NCBI GenBank assembly: GCA_965248925.1
Contig: CBDFLE010000004.1
Span: forward strand, 160,001-224,000
Origin: Candidatus Multivoradales bacterium
GTDB lineage: Bacteria; Acidobacteriota; Thermoanaerobaculia; Multivoradales; J023
Reading direction: 5' to 3'
DNA: 64,000 nucleotides
The notes beneath the pieces are model-generated. The model was given only the letters and a program-made list of their open reading frames with translations. It was not told where the DNA came from and searched no databases. A program made the translations under genes and the position numbers. Shown here piece after piece: positions 37,525 to 47,000 of this stretch. Position 1 is the stretch's first letter. Every line of letters starts with the position of its first letter.

Positions 37525-38439
37525 CTACTTGGGCGCATGGAAGCCAGAGAGCACTCCTTGCCAGGCGGTCATGAATCGTAGGTGCCCTCGTGAGGGCTGG
37601 CGGCCGGTCCAGATCTCTGCCGGTGTGTAGCCGTCGAGGTTCTGGTGCGGGCGCAGTTCGTTGTACCAAAACCGGAAGAAATCCAGCTGCCTCTGGGCCT
37701 TGCGGCCCGCTGGCAGCGGCTCGCGCCGCCGCCGCAAGCGCTCTTTGAAGGTGCCAAAGAATCGCTCGATGCGTCCGTTCTGCCACGGCGAGGCCACCTG
37801 AGTTCGCTGGTGGCGAATGCCGAGAAGAAAAAGTGAGAGCCGGAAGATCCAAGAGGTAAAAGTGGGTTCATTATCGGTGCGCAGACACCTTGGCTTGCCG
37901 CAAAGCTCAATCGCGTCGAGCAGCTGGCGTACCAGCTCGACTGAGGCTTTGGTCTTGACAACCTGAAGGCACAAGCAGAGCCGAGTGCCGTGATCCAGCA
38001 GGCCGAGAATCATCTCTTTCTTGCCGGAGGTGTTGTCGGCGTAGGTGAGATCGGCGGCCCAGATCAGCCGCTTGCCGATGATTCCAGGTTTTCTCCTGCG
38101 GATCTTCCGGCGCCAAGCGAGAATCTCCAGCTGGTGCTCGTTGAAGATCTTTGCAACGTAGCTCTTGCCCACCGTCATTCGGCGATGGCGGTAGTTGCGA
38201 TTGAAGGCTGCCGCGATCGCCCTACAGCCATCGTCGGGCTGCAACGCCTTGAGCCGGATCACCGCTTGGCGCACCCACTTGGGCTTGCGCCGGCAGAAGC
38301 CGCGATAAGTCGTTGGGTCGGGTGGACACTTGGCTCGGCGGCGGTGCTTCGCCCTGGGTTGCAGGGCGAGCGAAGTGAGCGCAAGAATCAGAAGCAACAC
38401 GAACGCCCAGAGCAGGGCGCCGGCAAGATCAGAAGTCAT
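37525..38439 (-). CDS. rve/DDE integrase with N-terminal hydrophobic helix, copy 3
   Basis: DDE motifs intact; central part diverged from copies 1 and 2. Confidence 0.92.
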   Translation of the reverse strand: MTSDLAGALLWAFVLLLILALTSLALQPRAKHRRRAKCPPDPTTYRGFCRRKPKWVRQAVIRLKALQPDDGCRAIAAAFNRNYRHRRMTVGKSYVAKIFNEHQLEILAWRRKIRRRKPGIIGKRLIWAADLTYADNTSGKKEMILGLLDHGTRLCLCLQVVKTKASVELVRQLLDAIELCGKPRCLRTDNEPTFTSWIFRLSLFLLGIRHQRTQVASPWQNGRIERFFGTFKERLRRRREPLPAGRKAQRQLDFFRFWYNELRPHQNLDGYTPAEIWTGRQPSRGHLRFMTAWQGVLSGFHAPK

Positions 38440-38786
38440 TCCTTGAGAATACCGATCTCACGCAGCCTAGCCCGAGGTGCCGCGCTGCCTCACGTATCAC
38501 CTCTCGAATGCCAGAAGCCCGGCTTGTGCAACTCCAGCACGAAGTCCACCTCGGCGGCCCTCGTCTCGTAGTTGCCTGCACCGACGGAATTCGACCACCG
38601 ATTCCGATTGAAAGTGACCAGTGATTCCAACGGAATCTGACCATCGATTCCGATCGAAAGTGACCACTTTTCCGGGTCGATCGGAATGGGTGGTCAGATT
38701 GGATCGGAATCCTGGCCACGGCGGAGTTCGACGGTAGCGCGCTCCTCACAATTGGGGTATTCCAGCCTCCTTGAAAGGAGGATTGG

Positions 38787-40361
38787 ATGCCGAGAGTGAG
38801 GACATCGATGCGCAAGATACGCGAGGTACTGAGACTGAAATGGCAGCATGGCCTGTCGCACCGCCAGATCGGACGGTCGGTTCGGCTGGGCCACGTGACG
38901 GTGTGCAACTACCTGCTGCGAGCCAAGGTTGAAGGCCTGAGCTGGGAGCAAGTAGCAGCTTTGAGCGACGCTGAGCTGGAGCAACGCCTGTACCCTCGGC
39001 CGCAGCCGCTTCGGAGGGGTGGTCAGCGAGCCTTGCCCGACTGGACCAAGGTGCATGGCGAGCTGAAGAAGAAGTGCGTAACCCTGTCGCTGCTGTGGCA
39101 GGAGTACCGGGAGGACCATCCTGACGGCTACGGTCTCAGCCGCTTCTGTCAGCTGTACCGGATCTGGGAAGGGCGCCTGGATGTGTGCCTGCGCCAAGCC
39201 TACCGGGCGGGCGAGAAGCTGTTCGTCGACTATGCCGGACAGACCGTGAGGGTGATCGACCCGGCGACTGGCAAAGAGCGCGAAGCGCAGATCTTCGTGG
39301 CGGTGCTGGGGGCGAGCAACTACACCTATGCCGAATCAACGTGGAGCCAGGGCCTGGAGGACTGGATCGGCTCTCATGTGCGGACCTTCGCGGCTCTGGG
39401 CGGGGTGAGCGAGCTGGTGGTGCCGGACAATCTGAAGAGCGGCGTGACCAGCCCGTGCCGCTACGAGCCGGAGATCAATCGCACCTACGCGGAGTTGGCC
39501 GAGCACTACGGCGTGGCGGTGGTGCCGGCGCGGGTGAGGAAGCCCCAAGACAAGGCGAAGGTCGAAAACGGTGTATTGCAAGTGGAGCGCTGGATTCTGG
39601 CCCGGCTGCGTAACCAGCAGTTCTTCAGCCTGCGAGAGCTCAACGAGAGCATCGCGAAGCTTCTGGTCGAGCTTAACGACCGTCCGCTGAAGGTGTTGGG
39701 CGTCTCGCGCCGAGCGCTGTTCGAGCAGGTCGATCGTCCTGCTCTGGGTGCTTTGCCGCTCCAGCCCTACGAGCTTGCCGAATGGAAGAAGGTACGCGTT
39801 GCCCCGGACTACCACGTCGAGTTCGAGGGCCACTATTACAGTGTGCCGTACCAGCTGATCAAGAAGCAGCTCGATCTGCGGGCGACGGCGCAACTGGTGG
39901 AGGTGCTCGATCGCGGCAAGCGTGTGGCTGCTCATCGTCGCAATCGGTGTCGGGGTCGGCACACGACCCAGAGCGAGCACATGCCCAAAGCGCACCAGGC
40001 GTACCTGGAGTGGACACCGACACGGCTGATCAGCTGGGCGGCGAAAACAGGCCAGGCGACGGCCGAACTGGTGGAGACCATCATGCTTAACCGCTCCCAT
40101 CCTCAGCACGGCTTTCGCTCGTGTCTGGGGCTGATGCGCCTGGGCAAGACCTATGGTGCCAATCGTTTGGAGGCTGCGTGCCGCCGCGCGCTCGCCATTC
40201 ACGGCCTGTCCTACAAGAGCGTGAAGTCGATCCTGAAGAGCGGCCTGGACCAGCAAGCAGCGCCCGAGCCCACCGAAGTGACGGCGCCGATCGAGCATCG
40301 CAACGTCCGCGGCGCCAGCTACTACAGTGCCGCGCGCCGCGAGGAGACGCCGCCATGCTGA
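38787..40361 (+). CDS. istA: IS21 transposase IstA
   Basis: MRKIREVLRL N-terminus; FVDYAG, VPDNLKSGV and DKAKVE motifs; EHRNVRGASYY C-terminus. Confidence 0.95.
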   Translation: MPRVRTSMRKIREVLRLKWQHGLSHRQIGRSVRLGHVTVCNYLLRAKVEGLSWEQVAALSDAELEQRLYPRPQPLRRGGQRALPDWTKVHGELKKKCVTLSLLWQEYREDHPDGYGLSRFCQLYRIWEGRLDVCLRQAYRAGEKLFVDYAGQTVRVIDPATGKEREAQIFVAVLGASNYTYAESTWSQGLEDWIGSHVRTFAALGGVSELVVPDNLKSGVTSPCRYEPEINRTYAELAEHYGVAVVPARVRKPQDKAKVENGVLQVERWILARLRNQQFFSLRELNESIAKLLVELNDRPLKVLGVSRRALFEQVDRPALGALPLQPYELAEWKKVRVAPDYHVEFEGHYYSVPYQLIKKQLDLRATAQLVEVLDRGKRVAAHRRNRCRGRHTTQSEHMPKAHQAYLEWTPTRLISWAAKTGQATAELVETIMLNRSHPQHGFRSCLGLMRLGKTYGANRLEAACRRALAIHGLSYKSVKSILKSGLDQQAAPEPTEVTAPIEHRNVRGASYYSAARREETPPC

Positions 40362-41119
40362 GGCACGCGACGCTCGATCAACTCGCCGCGCTCAAGCTCC
40401 ACGGTATGGCCAAAGCCTTTGAGGAGCAGCTGTCGATGGTCGATGTCTCAGAGCTCTCCTTCGAAGAGCGCCTCGGGCTGCTGGTCGAGCGCGAAGCGAC
40501 CGAGCGATCCAGCCGCCGCTTGATAGCGCGGTTGCGAAAAGCCAAGCTGCGCGAGCAGGCGGCCATCGAAGACATCGACTGGCGAGCCAAGAGGGGCCTG
40601 GACAAAGGCCAGATCCTGCGCCTGGCCTCGTGCCAGTGGATCGCCGAGCATCTCAACGTGCTGATCACCGGCAAGGCCGGGGTGGGCAAGACCTTTCTCG
40701 CCTGCGCCTTCGCGCACAAGGCATGTCGGGAGGGTTACACCGCTTTGTACCTGCGGGTGCCGAGGCTGTTTCGCCAGTTCGCCATCGCGCGGGGTGATGG
40801 TAGCTACGAGAAGCTGCTCAAGAGCTATGCTCGCACAGACCTGCTCATCCTCGACGACTGGGGGCTGGCGCCGATCGGGGCCAGCGAGCGGCGCGACCTG
40901 CTCGAGATTCTTGAGGACCGCTACGGCAACCGCTCCACGCTGGTGACCTCCCAGCTACCGGTTGAGAGCTGGTACGAGGTCATCGGCGATCCGACCTTGG
41001 CCGACGCCATCCTCGATCGCATTGTCCACGGCGCCTACAAGCTCGCGGTGGACGGTGACTCCATGCGGGCGAAGAGAGCCGGCGGTATTCGCAAGGCCGC
41101 CCAGCGAGAGGCAAGGTGA
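40355..41119 (+). CDS. istB: IS21 helper AAA+ ATPase IstB
   Basis: ATG overlaps the istA end with a GAGGAG RBS. Walker A GKAGVGKT, Walker B LLILDDWG, ADAILDRIVH. Confidence 0.95.
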   Translation: MLRHATLDQLAALKLHGMAKAFEEQLSMVDVSELSFEERLGLLVEREATERSSRRLIARLRKAKLREQAAIEDIDWRAKRGLDKGQILRLASCQWIAEHLNVLITGKAGVGKTFLACAFAHKACREGYTALYLRVPRLFRQFAIARGDGSYEKLLKSYARTDLLILDDWGLAPIGASERRDLLEILEDRYGNRSTLVTSQLPVESWYEVIGDPTLADAILDRIVHGAYKLAVDGDSMRAKRAGGIRKAAQREAR

Positions 41120-41201
41120 GATCCAAGAGCATGCTGAAGCGATCGCCGATCCTGACCCATCAGCGGGCCTGCGGCCCGATCCGGACCCGACCCAAGATGG
41201 A

Positions 41202-41304
41202 CTGTGGAAGCTGCCGCGGTTGTGGAAATCGCTCTGCGATTCCCACAACCGCTTGGAAAACGCCCCCCTGCCCCCCAACCTGCGTTTCCCACAGCTACGC
41301 ACAG
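41202..41304 (+). other. Multi-stem structured element in the IS21 right non-coding region
   Basis: Hairpin GCGGTTGTGGAAATCGC/GCGATTCCCACAACCGC, second stem TGGAAAACGC/GCGTTTCCCA, closing stem CTGTG..AGCTG/CAGCT..CACAG. Confidence 0.55.
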
Positions 41305-41511
41305 CCCCGACGACGGGTTATTTGAATACAATCAATCAAGAAGAAGAGCCGGAAGGAGGGCTCCAGCTACAGCGAAAGTGGACACTTACAACTGAGGAGA
41401 GCGCCAGCGTCGCTTCGCTCCGACAAGTGGTCGGTTTCGATCGGAATGGCTGGTCAGTTTCGTCGGAATAGGCACAGGGTGGCCATTCTGGTGCTCCTCC
41501 TCGGTGATCTA

Positions 41512-41646
41512 TTATTGGCGGATATTGACGCCGAAACCAATGGCCATGGTTTCGTCTAGCTGCTGGGCAATAACTTGTGGATTGTCTTCGCTCTGGCGCC
41601 AATGTACTAGCCGCCCTAGCCCGAGCTGAATTCGTTCGGGTTTCAT
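41512..41646 (-). pseudogene. 101-aa PCD-fold gene with an in-frame 171-bp internal deletion (44 aa left)
   Basis: Junction GGTTTCG|TCTAGC relative to the intact copy 61186-61491. Confidence 0.8.
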
Positions 41647-41664
41647 TCACAATACTCCTTGAGG

Positions 41665-42027
41665 TCACGGTTCAAGAAAAAGCACCCACCGGGCAGAAGG
41701 GACCGGTCCTGCCCGGAGGGGAGTCGCCGTGGTTGGGGAGGGGCCACCACGGCCATCACAGGGACTCAGGGAGCGAGCGAGGTCGAAGTCCGCCGGCCGC
41801 AGACGGGCCGGCGCCACCGGCCCGATCCGTACCGAGACCCAGCGGCCGACTATCGCGGCTCTGGGTTCTAGGTTGGTGAGTTCACCGCGATAAAACACCC
41901 ACTCGACGAAGATCAGGGAATCGCGCCAAGAGTCAAAGAGATATTTGCGGGTGATCTTTTGTTGCCCCTTGATTTGTCGCCAAACGGGTAGGGCACTCAG
42001 GGCCTGTTGGATCTCTTCGTCGGTCAT
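41665..42027 (-). CDS. PCD/DCoH-fold protein 1, copy 3
   Basis: Intact paralog with an RBS. Confidence 0.75.
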   Translation of the reverse strand: MTDEEIQQALSALPVWRQIKGQQKITRKYLFDSWRDSLIFVEWVFYRGELTNLEPRAAIVGRWVSVRIGPVAPARLRPADFDLARSLSPCDGRGGPSPTTATPLRAGPVPSARWVLFLEP

Positions 42028-42164
42028 CGCTCTCTCCTTGGGTCTAGGAGATGGTAGGCGAAGGCAGGAGGGATTGAGCAGACATCCTGCTTTTCAAGCG
42101 CTCACTCCGCGCGGCCCGCCCCGTGATCGCCGGACTACCTGGCGGCTGGTTGATTCTCAGGCGT

Positions 42165-42217
42165 GAGGACTGTGAGTCCTCTTCATTGAGAAAGAGAGAG
42201 GACTGAGAGTCCTCTCT
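42165..42217. promoter_or_regulatory. Paired GAGGACT-GWG-AGTCCTC operators
   Basis: Palindromes identical to those at 8052 and 8085. Confidence 0.7.
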
Positions 42218-42309
42218 GTCCAAAAACTCCGTCGTTTTTGCTGTCGAAGCCCCGGAGAGTCGTTGGTTGCGATACTCTTTGGGCCTAATCAATATCTCTG
42301 GAGGGAGCA

Positions 42310-43647
42310 ATGTTTGGCGAATCAGCGAGCGAGCAGCACCAGCGATGCCTACAAACGCTGAAGGCCCATGTGCGACGGCATCCGATGTCGGTAAGGGAGA
42401 TCGAACGCCGCCTGGGATATTCTCCGTCCTACTTGCACCGGATCCTTCGTGGCAAAGTAGGGTTGTCGTTTGAGGGCTTGTTGCAGCTGCTCGAAGTGGT
42501 GGATATGAGCTTCGAGGAGCTGGCGATCAAGACGGCGCGAGTGGATGCCGAGGGATTGTTGGAGAGAGCCTTACCTCCGGGCACGGTAGATCCGCCAGAA
42601 ATTGAGCAGTTGTCGTTAGTAGCAACTCAGCTCATCGAAGGTGATCTTGTTAGAACAGCACCCGATTCAGCATGTCAGGCGCTATTTCAGGCGGTGAGTG
42701 AAGCTGATGAGCAGCGCTACTCGGACCCCTGGTTAGCCGCTGAAAAGGCGTGGTCAATCGCAGCTTATGTAGCGCCTAGAATAGCCGGCAGATCGGCGCT
42801 GGAACTCTGCTGTGGAGCGATCAGTGTTTACGGGTCTTGCTGCCGCATAGGTGGAAGCGTTCAGCAGGCGATCCGTACTCTGATCACGACCGGCCAACTC
42901 GCCCGGTCGTGCGGTCCGAGCCATCAGGCTAATTGGCTTCTTCGTTCTGCGTCGGCCTTGAATAGTCACGGTGAGCATGAGGCCGGGCTGGAACTTGCCC
43001 TGATAGCTGGGGAGATTTTTGAGACATCCGGCGACAGTGCGGGCATGGGCTCGGCCTTTATCAGCAAGGCGATTTCGATGACATTGCTGCCGGACATTGA
43101 GCGAGCAGAAGCGGCCTACCGCACAGCGCTTCTTCACATTCCGCCGGCTGGCCATTTGCGACTACTGTGTTCGGCGCATCACGGCGTCGCTAGGCTTCTG
43201 ATTGAGCGGGGGGAGTTGGGGCGGGCCAAATCACATCTTGAGCATGCTTCTTCGAAGCTTCCAGAGACGGACATCTACAGTCGAGGTATTTTGGCCCGGA
43301 CCTTGGGCTACTGGCATAGGAAAATGGGGCACAGGAAAGAAGCAATAGAGAATCTCAGTCTAGCGGCGAGCTGCCTTTCCAAGATCAACCCCTTCGACAT
43401 GGCTTTTGTTGTGCTCGACCAGATTGAGTTCTGTTTGGAAGATGGGCGACCCGAACAAGCGGTCAAGGCTGCCGAAGATACGTCCGACCTAATCGAGCTG
43501 TTCAAGTCCAATCCGGTCGCAGGTGGCATTCTCTTGAGGCTTCGAGACGCTGCCCAGAAGGGGCGGCTGACAGTGCGTCTGGTTGAGATTGCCCGGAAGA
43601 AGATGGCCGGCAGGCGGAGGTTCGGAATCCGCCCACCGGTTGCCTAG
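42310..43647 (+). CDS. XRE-HTH + TPR-like regulator, copy 3
   Basis: HTH region identical to copy 1; TPR region diverged. Confidence 0.85.
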   Translation: MFGESASEQHQRCLQTLKAHVRRHPMSVREIERRLGYSPSYLHRILRGKVGLSFEGLLQLLEVVDMSFEELAIKTARVDAEGLLERALPPGTVDPPEIEQLSLVATQLIEGDLVRTAPDSACQALFQAVSEADEQRYSDPWLAAEKAWSIAAYVAPRIAGRSALELCCGAISVYGSCCRIGGSVQQAIRTLITTGQLARSCGPSHQANWLLRSASALNSHGEHEAGLELALIAGEIFETSGDSAGMGSAFISKAISMTLLPDIERAEAAYRTALLHIPPAGHLRLLCSAHHGVARLLIERGELGRAKSHLEHASSKLPETDIYSRGILARTLGYWHRKMGHRKEAIENLSLAASCLSKINPFDMAFVVLDQIEFCLEDGRPEQAVKAAEDTSDLIELFKSNPVAGGILLRLRDAAQKGRLTVRLVEIARKKMAGRRRFGIRPPVA

Positions 43648-43978
43648 CTAGCCGTTGGGATCGATGAATGGGCCGAACTGCATCTCCGCTGACTTGTACT
43701 TGGACATCTGGTTCTCCCTTGAAACGAGCTGGTCGGGCCACGACATTGCGCCCGCTGCCCGCGACAGAGGCCAAAGCTACCTTGCTTCCCCGAGTTGATC
43801 CTTGACTTGAATGCCCATCAGACAGCGGCCGAGACCATGAACCCGGAGTGAGTGCAAGTAGACTCGGAGGGCAGGTATGCCACCTGGGGCCAGTGAGCCG
43901 CTCCGCGTGAGGCCCGTCTCTTGGCTGATCCGAGGCGGCTTAGGCAGCAGAACCTCTGTCATTCAGTGATCTGAGGGG

Positions 43979-44048
43979 AAACGGTTCATTTCGAGCTTGC
44001 GTAAATGAACCGTTTGGTCTCGATGACCATTTTTCCTACAGTCTTCCG
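43979..44048 (+). promoter_or_regulatory. Palindrome and candidate leaderless promoter of rhs D
   Basis: Same 13-bp arms and TTGGTC-N17-TACAGT-N6-ATG, with a different spacer sequence of the same length. Confidence 0.65.
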
Positions 44049-47000
44049 ATGTCGAAACAGCTATCTCTGCGCTCTCTCCTCGTCCTCCAAGCCTCTCTCG
44101 GTGCCCTCTTACTGTCGGTGAGCGCCGCGCAGGCGGCGCCGGTCTTTGTCTCGGTAACCCCCGCCGACGGCACTCTGTCGAGCGCCGCGACGGTGACTCT
44201 GACTATCGAAGTGCAGGCCGCGACCAGCTTGCAGGTGGATGGCCAAGCGGTCACCACGGTTGATCCCTCGGGGACGGTGTGGACCGCCGGTCCTTACTCG
44301 TTGAGCGAGGGGGAGCGGGTGTTGGTGTTGATCGCCGAGGACGCTTCTGGGGTGCAGGCTCAGCAGCTGCACCGGGTGGTGCGGGACTCGCTGCCGCCGG
44401 TGCTGAGCTTGAGCCAGCCGGCGGCGGGGGCGATCGTTGCCAGCTCGCCGCTGATCGTGGCCGGCACGGCGGTGGATGCGCATCTGGCGGCGGTGCGGGT
44501 GGGGGGTCAGGTGGCGGCTCTCAGTGGTGCGAGTTTTTCGCACTCTCTGGTCTTGGTGGAGGGCGAGCAGACGTTCACCGTGGAGGCGAGCGACAGCCTG
44601 GGGCAGAGCGGGCAGCAGAGTGTGACGGTGACTCTCGATAGCCAGCCGCCGACGGTGGCGCTGTTGGAGGGAGCTCAGCCGCTGGCGGCGGATGCGCTGT
44701 TCAATCGCTCGGTGGTGCTGAGCTTCAGCGTCACGGATGCGACGGCTACGACGGTCGAAGCGCTGCTCGACGGCGCTTCATTCACCTCCGGCACGACGGT
44801 GAGCGCGGCGGGTTCGCATGTGCTTTCAGTGACCGCCACCGACGCGGCTGGCCAGCCGACTAGCGTCAGCCGGAGCTTTGAGATCGACCTGACGGCGCCG
44901 ACTTTTCTCAGCTTCACGCCGAGCGATGGCACGCTCTTGGCAGACTCGCAGGTGACCCTCAGCGGGGTGGTGGAGGGTGCGGCCGCGCTGAGTGTCGAGG
45001 GGCAGGCGGCGAGCCTGGTGGGGCAGTCGTGGACGGCCGGGGCGTTGCAGCTGATCGAGGGGGAGCGGGAGATTTCTATCCTCGCTACTGATCTGGCGGG
45101 CAATAGCGCCTCGTTCACCTTGCATTTGGAGCGCGACGCGACGGCGCCGCAGCTGATCGGCCTGGTGCCCAGTGTGGACTCGGTTTTGGCGACCTCGCCG
45201 GTGGCGATCAGCGGCACCGCGAGTGACGCCCACTTGCTGGAGGTGCGGGTGGGGGGCGAGCTGGCGAGCCTGACGGGCTCGCAGTTCAGCCACCCGGCGG
45301 TAGTGCTGGTGGAAGGCGAGAATCTTCTGCCGATCGTTGCCACGGATCAGGTGGGCCATCAGGCGACGGCCGAGCTGCGGCTGGTGCTCGACACCCAAGC
45401 ACCGACACTGTCGGTGCTGGTGGCGGGGGTGCCGCTGCAGGGAGGCGCGGTGTTTGCCGGCCCGGTGACGCCTGAGATCTCGGCCAGCGATGCCACTGAA
45501 GTGGTGACGTCGGCGACTCTCGACGGTGCCACCTACTTGCCTGGCACGGTGATCGCTGGCGATGGCTTGCATCAGCTGTCGGTGAGCGCCAGCGACGCGG
45601 CGGGCCATCAGGCGACGGTGCTGGTGAGCTTCAGCCTCGACCTGGCGGCGCCGGTGTTCGCGGATCTGGCGCCGGTGGCTGGCAGTGTGGACAGCGCTGC
45701 TCAGGTGACGCTGACCGGCCGCGCGCCGGGGGCGGTGTCGGTGTCGGTGGACGGGCAAGCGGCGACGCTGGCGGGGGATGGCTTTAGCGCCGGTCCCTTC
45801 AATTTGAGCGAAGGGGAGCGGGTGTTCTTGCTCGCCGCCACCGATAGCGGCGGCAACGTCACCCAGCTGACCCACCGCCTGACCCGCGACTCGACGGCGC
45901 CGCAGCTCACCCTCGGCCAGCCGGCGGCCGGATCCCTGCTGGGGAGTACCACGGTCGATGTCAGCGGCACGGCGAGTGATCCGCGTCTTGATCAGGTGAC
46001 GGTCAATGGGGTGCTGGCCGAAATCAGTGGCGGCGCTTTCCTGGCCCGTCAGGTGGCGCTTATTGAAGGTGACAATGTGCTCACGGTGGTGGCGGCGGAC
46101 ACGGTGGGCAACGAGGTCCAAACGACCCGCTCGGTGACCGTTGATACGACGCCGCCGACGGTCGTCATCACCGACCCGGCCAGCGGCACGATCACCCCCG
46201 AGGCGGGGCTGACCCTGTCGGGCAGCGCCGCGGATCCTCATCTCGATCGGGTCGAGGTGGCGGGGGTGGGGGCGAGCTTGGCGGGTGGGCAATGGTCGTT
46301 GGCGGTGGATCTGCAAGAGGGCAGTAACACTTTCACCGTCGAAGCCTTCGACCCGCTCGGCCACAGCACCAGCGCTAGCGTGACGGTGACCCGCGACAGC
46401 TCGGCGCCTGAGATCCACATCGAGAGCCCGGCCGAGGGGCTTTACAGCCCAGCAGCGAATCTCACGGTCAGCGGCACGGTGGTCGCGGAGCCCGATTTGA
46501 CGGTGACGGTGGGCGGCGTGGCGGCGACGGTGGCGGGCAGTAGCTGGAGCGCCGCCGCGGTGCCGCTAGTAGAGGGTGAGAACCGGCTGATCGCAAGGGT
46601 GACCGACGCCCTGGGCAACCAAGGCACTCACACGCGGGTGGTGTGGCGCGACAACCAAGCGCCGGAGTTTCTATCGTCGATCCCCGCCGCGGGGGCTCTC
46701 GAGCTGCCGGCCGGCAGCAGCTTCCGGCTGCGCTTCAGCGAGCCGTTGGCGGCGCCCAGCGGGGGCGCCTACAGCCTCAGCACATTGGCTGGGCAAGCCC
46801 TGGCGAGCAGTGCCGAGATCGATGGCGACGACTTGGTGATCACCCCGCAGGCAGCACTGCCGTCGGCCACCGAGCTGCGCCTGGTGCTAGGGGCGGGGCT
46901 GGTCGATCGGGCGGGCAATGCTCTAGCGGCGGCTCATACTCTGGCTTTCACCGTGGTCGATGGCGGCTCCCCGGCGGCGCCGCAGCTCGACGCCTACGCT

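Larger units (their letters stand above)
38573..41474 (+). mobile_element. IS21-family insertion sequence
   Basis: TG...CA ends (TGCCTGCACCGACG / CGTCGGAATAGGCA), multiple subterminal ATTCCGATCGAAA-type repeats, istA-istB pair. No target duplication. Confidence 0.95.
38490..41486 (-). pseudogene. 155-aa gene destroyed by IS21 insertion plus ~370-bp deletion
   Basis: Only 38490-38572 and 41475-41486 match the intact copies. Confidence 0.85.

Noticed and set aside
40121-40354. N-terminal extension of IstB to 332 aa
   Set aside because: It overlaps istA. The ATG at 40355 with an RBS gives a typical ~254-aa IstB.
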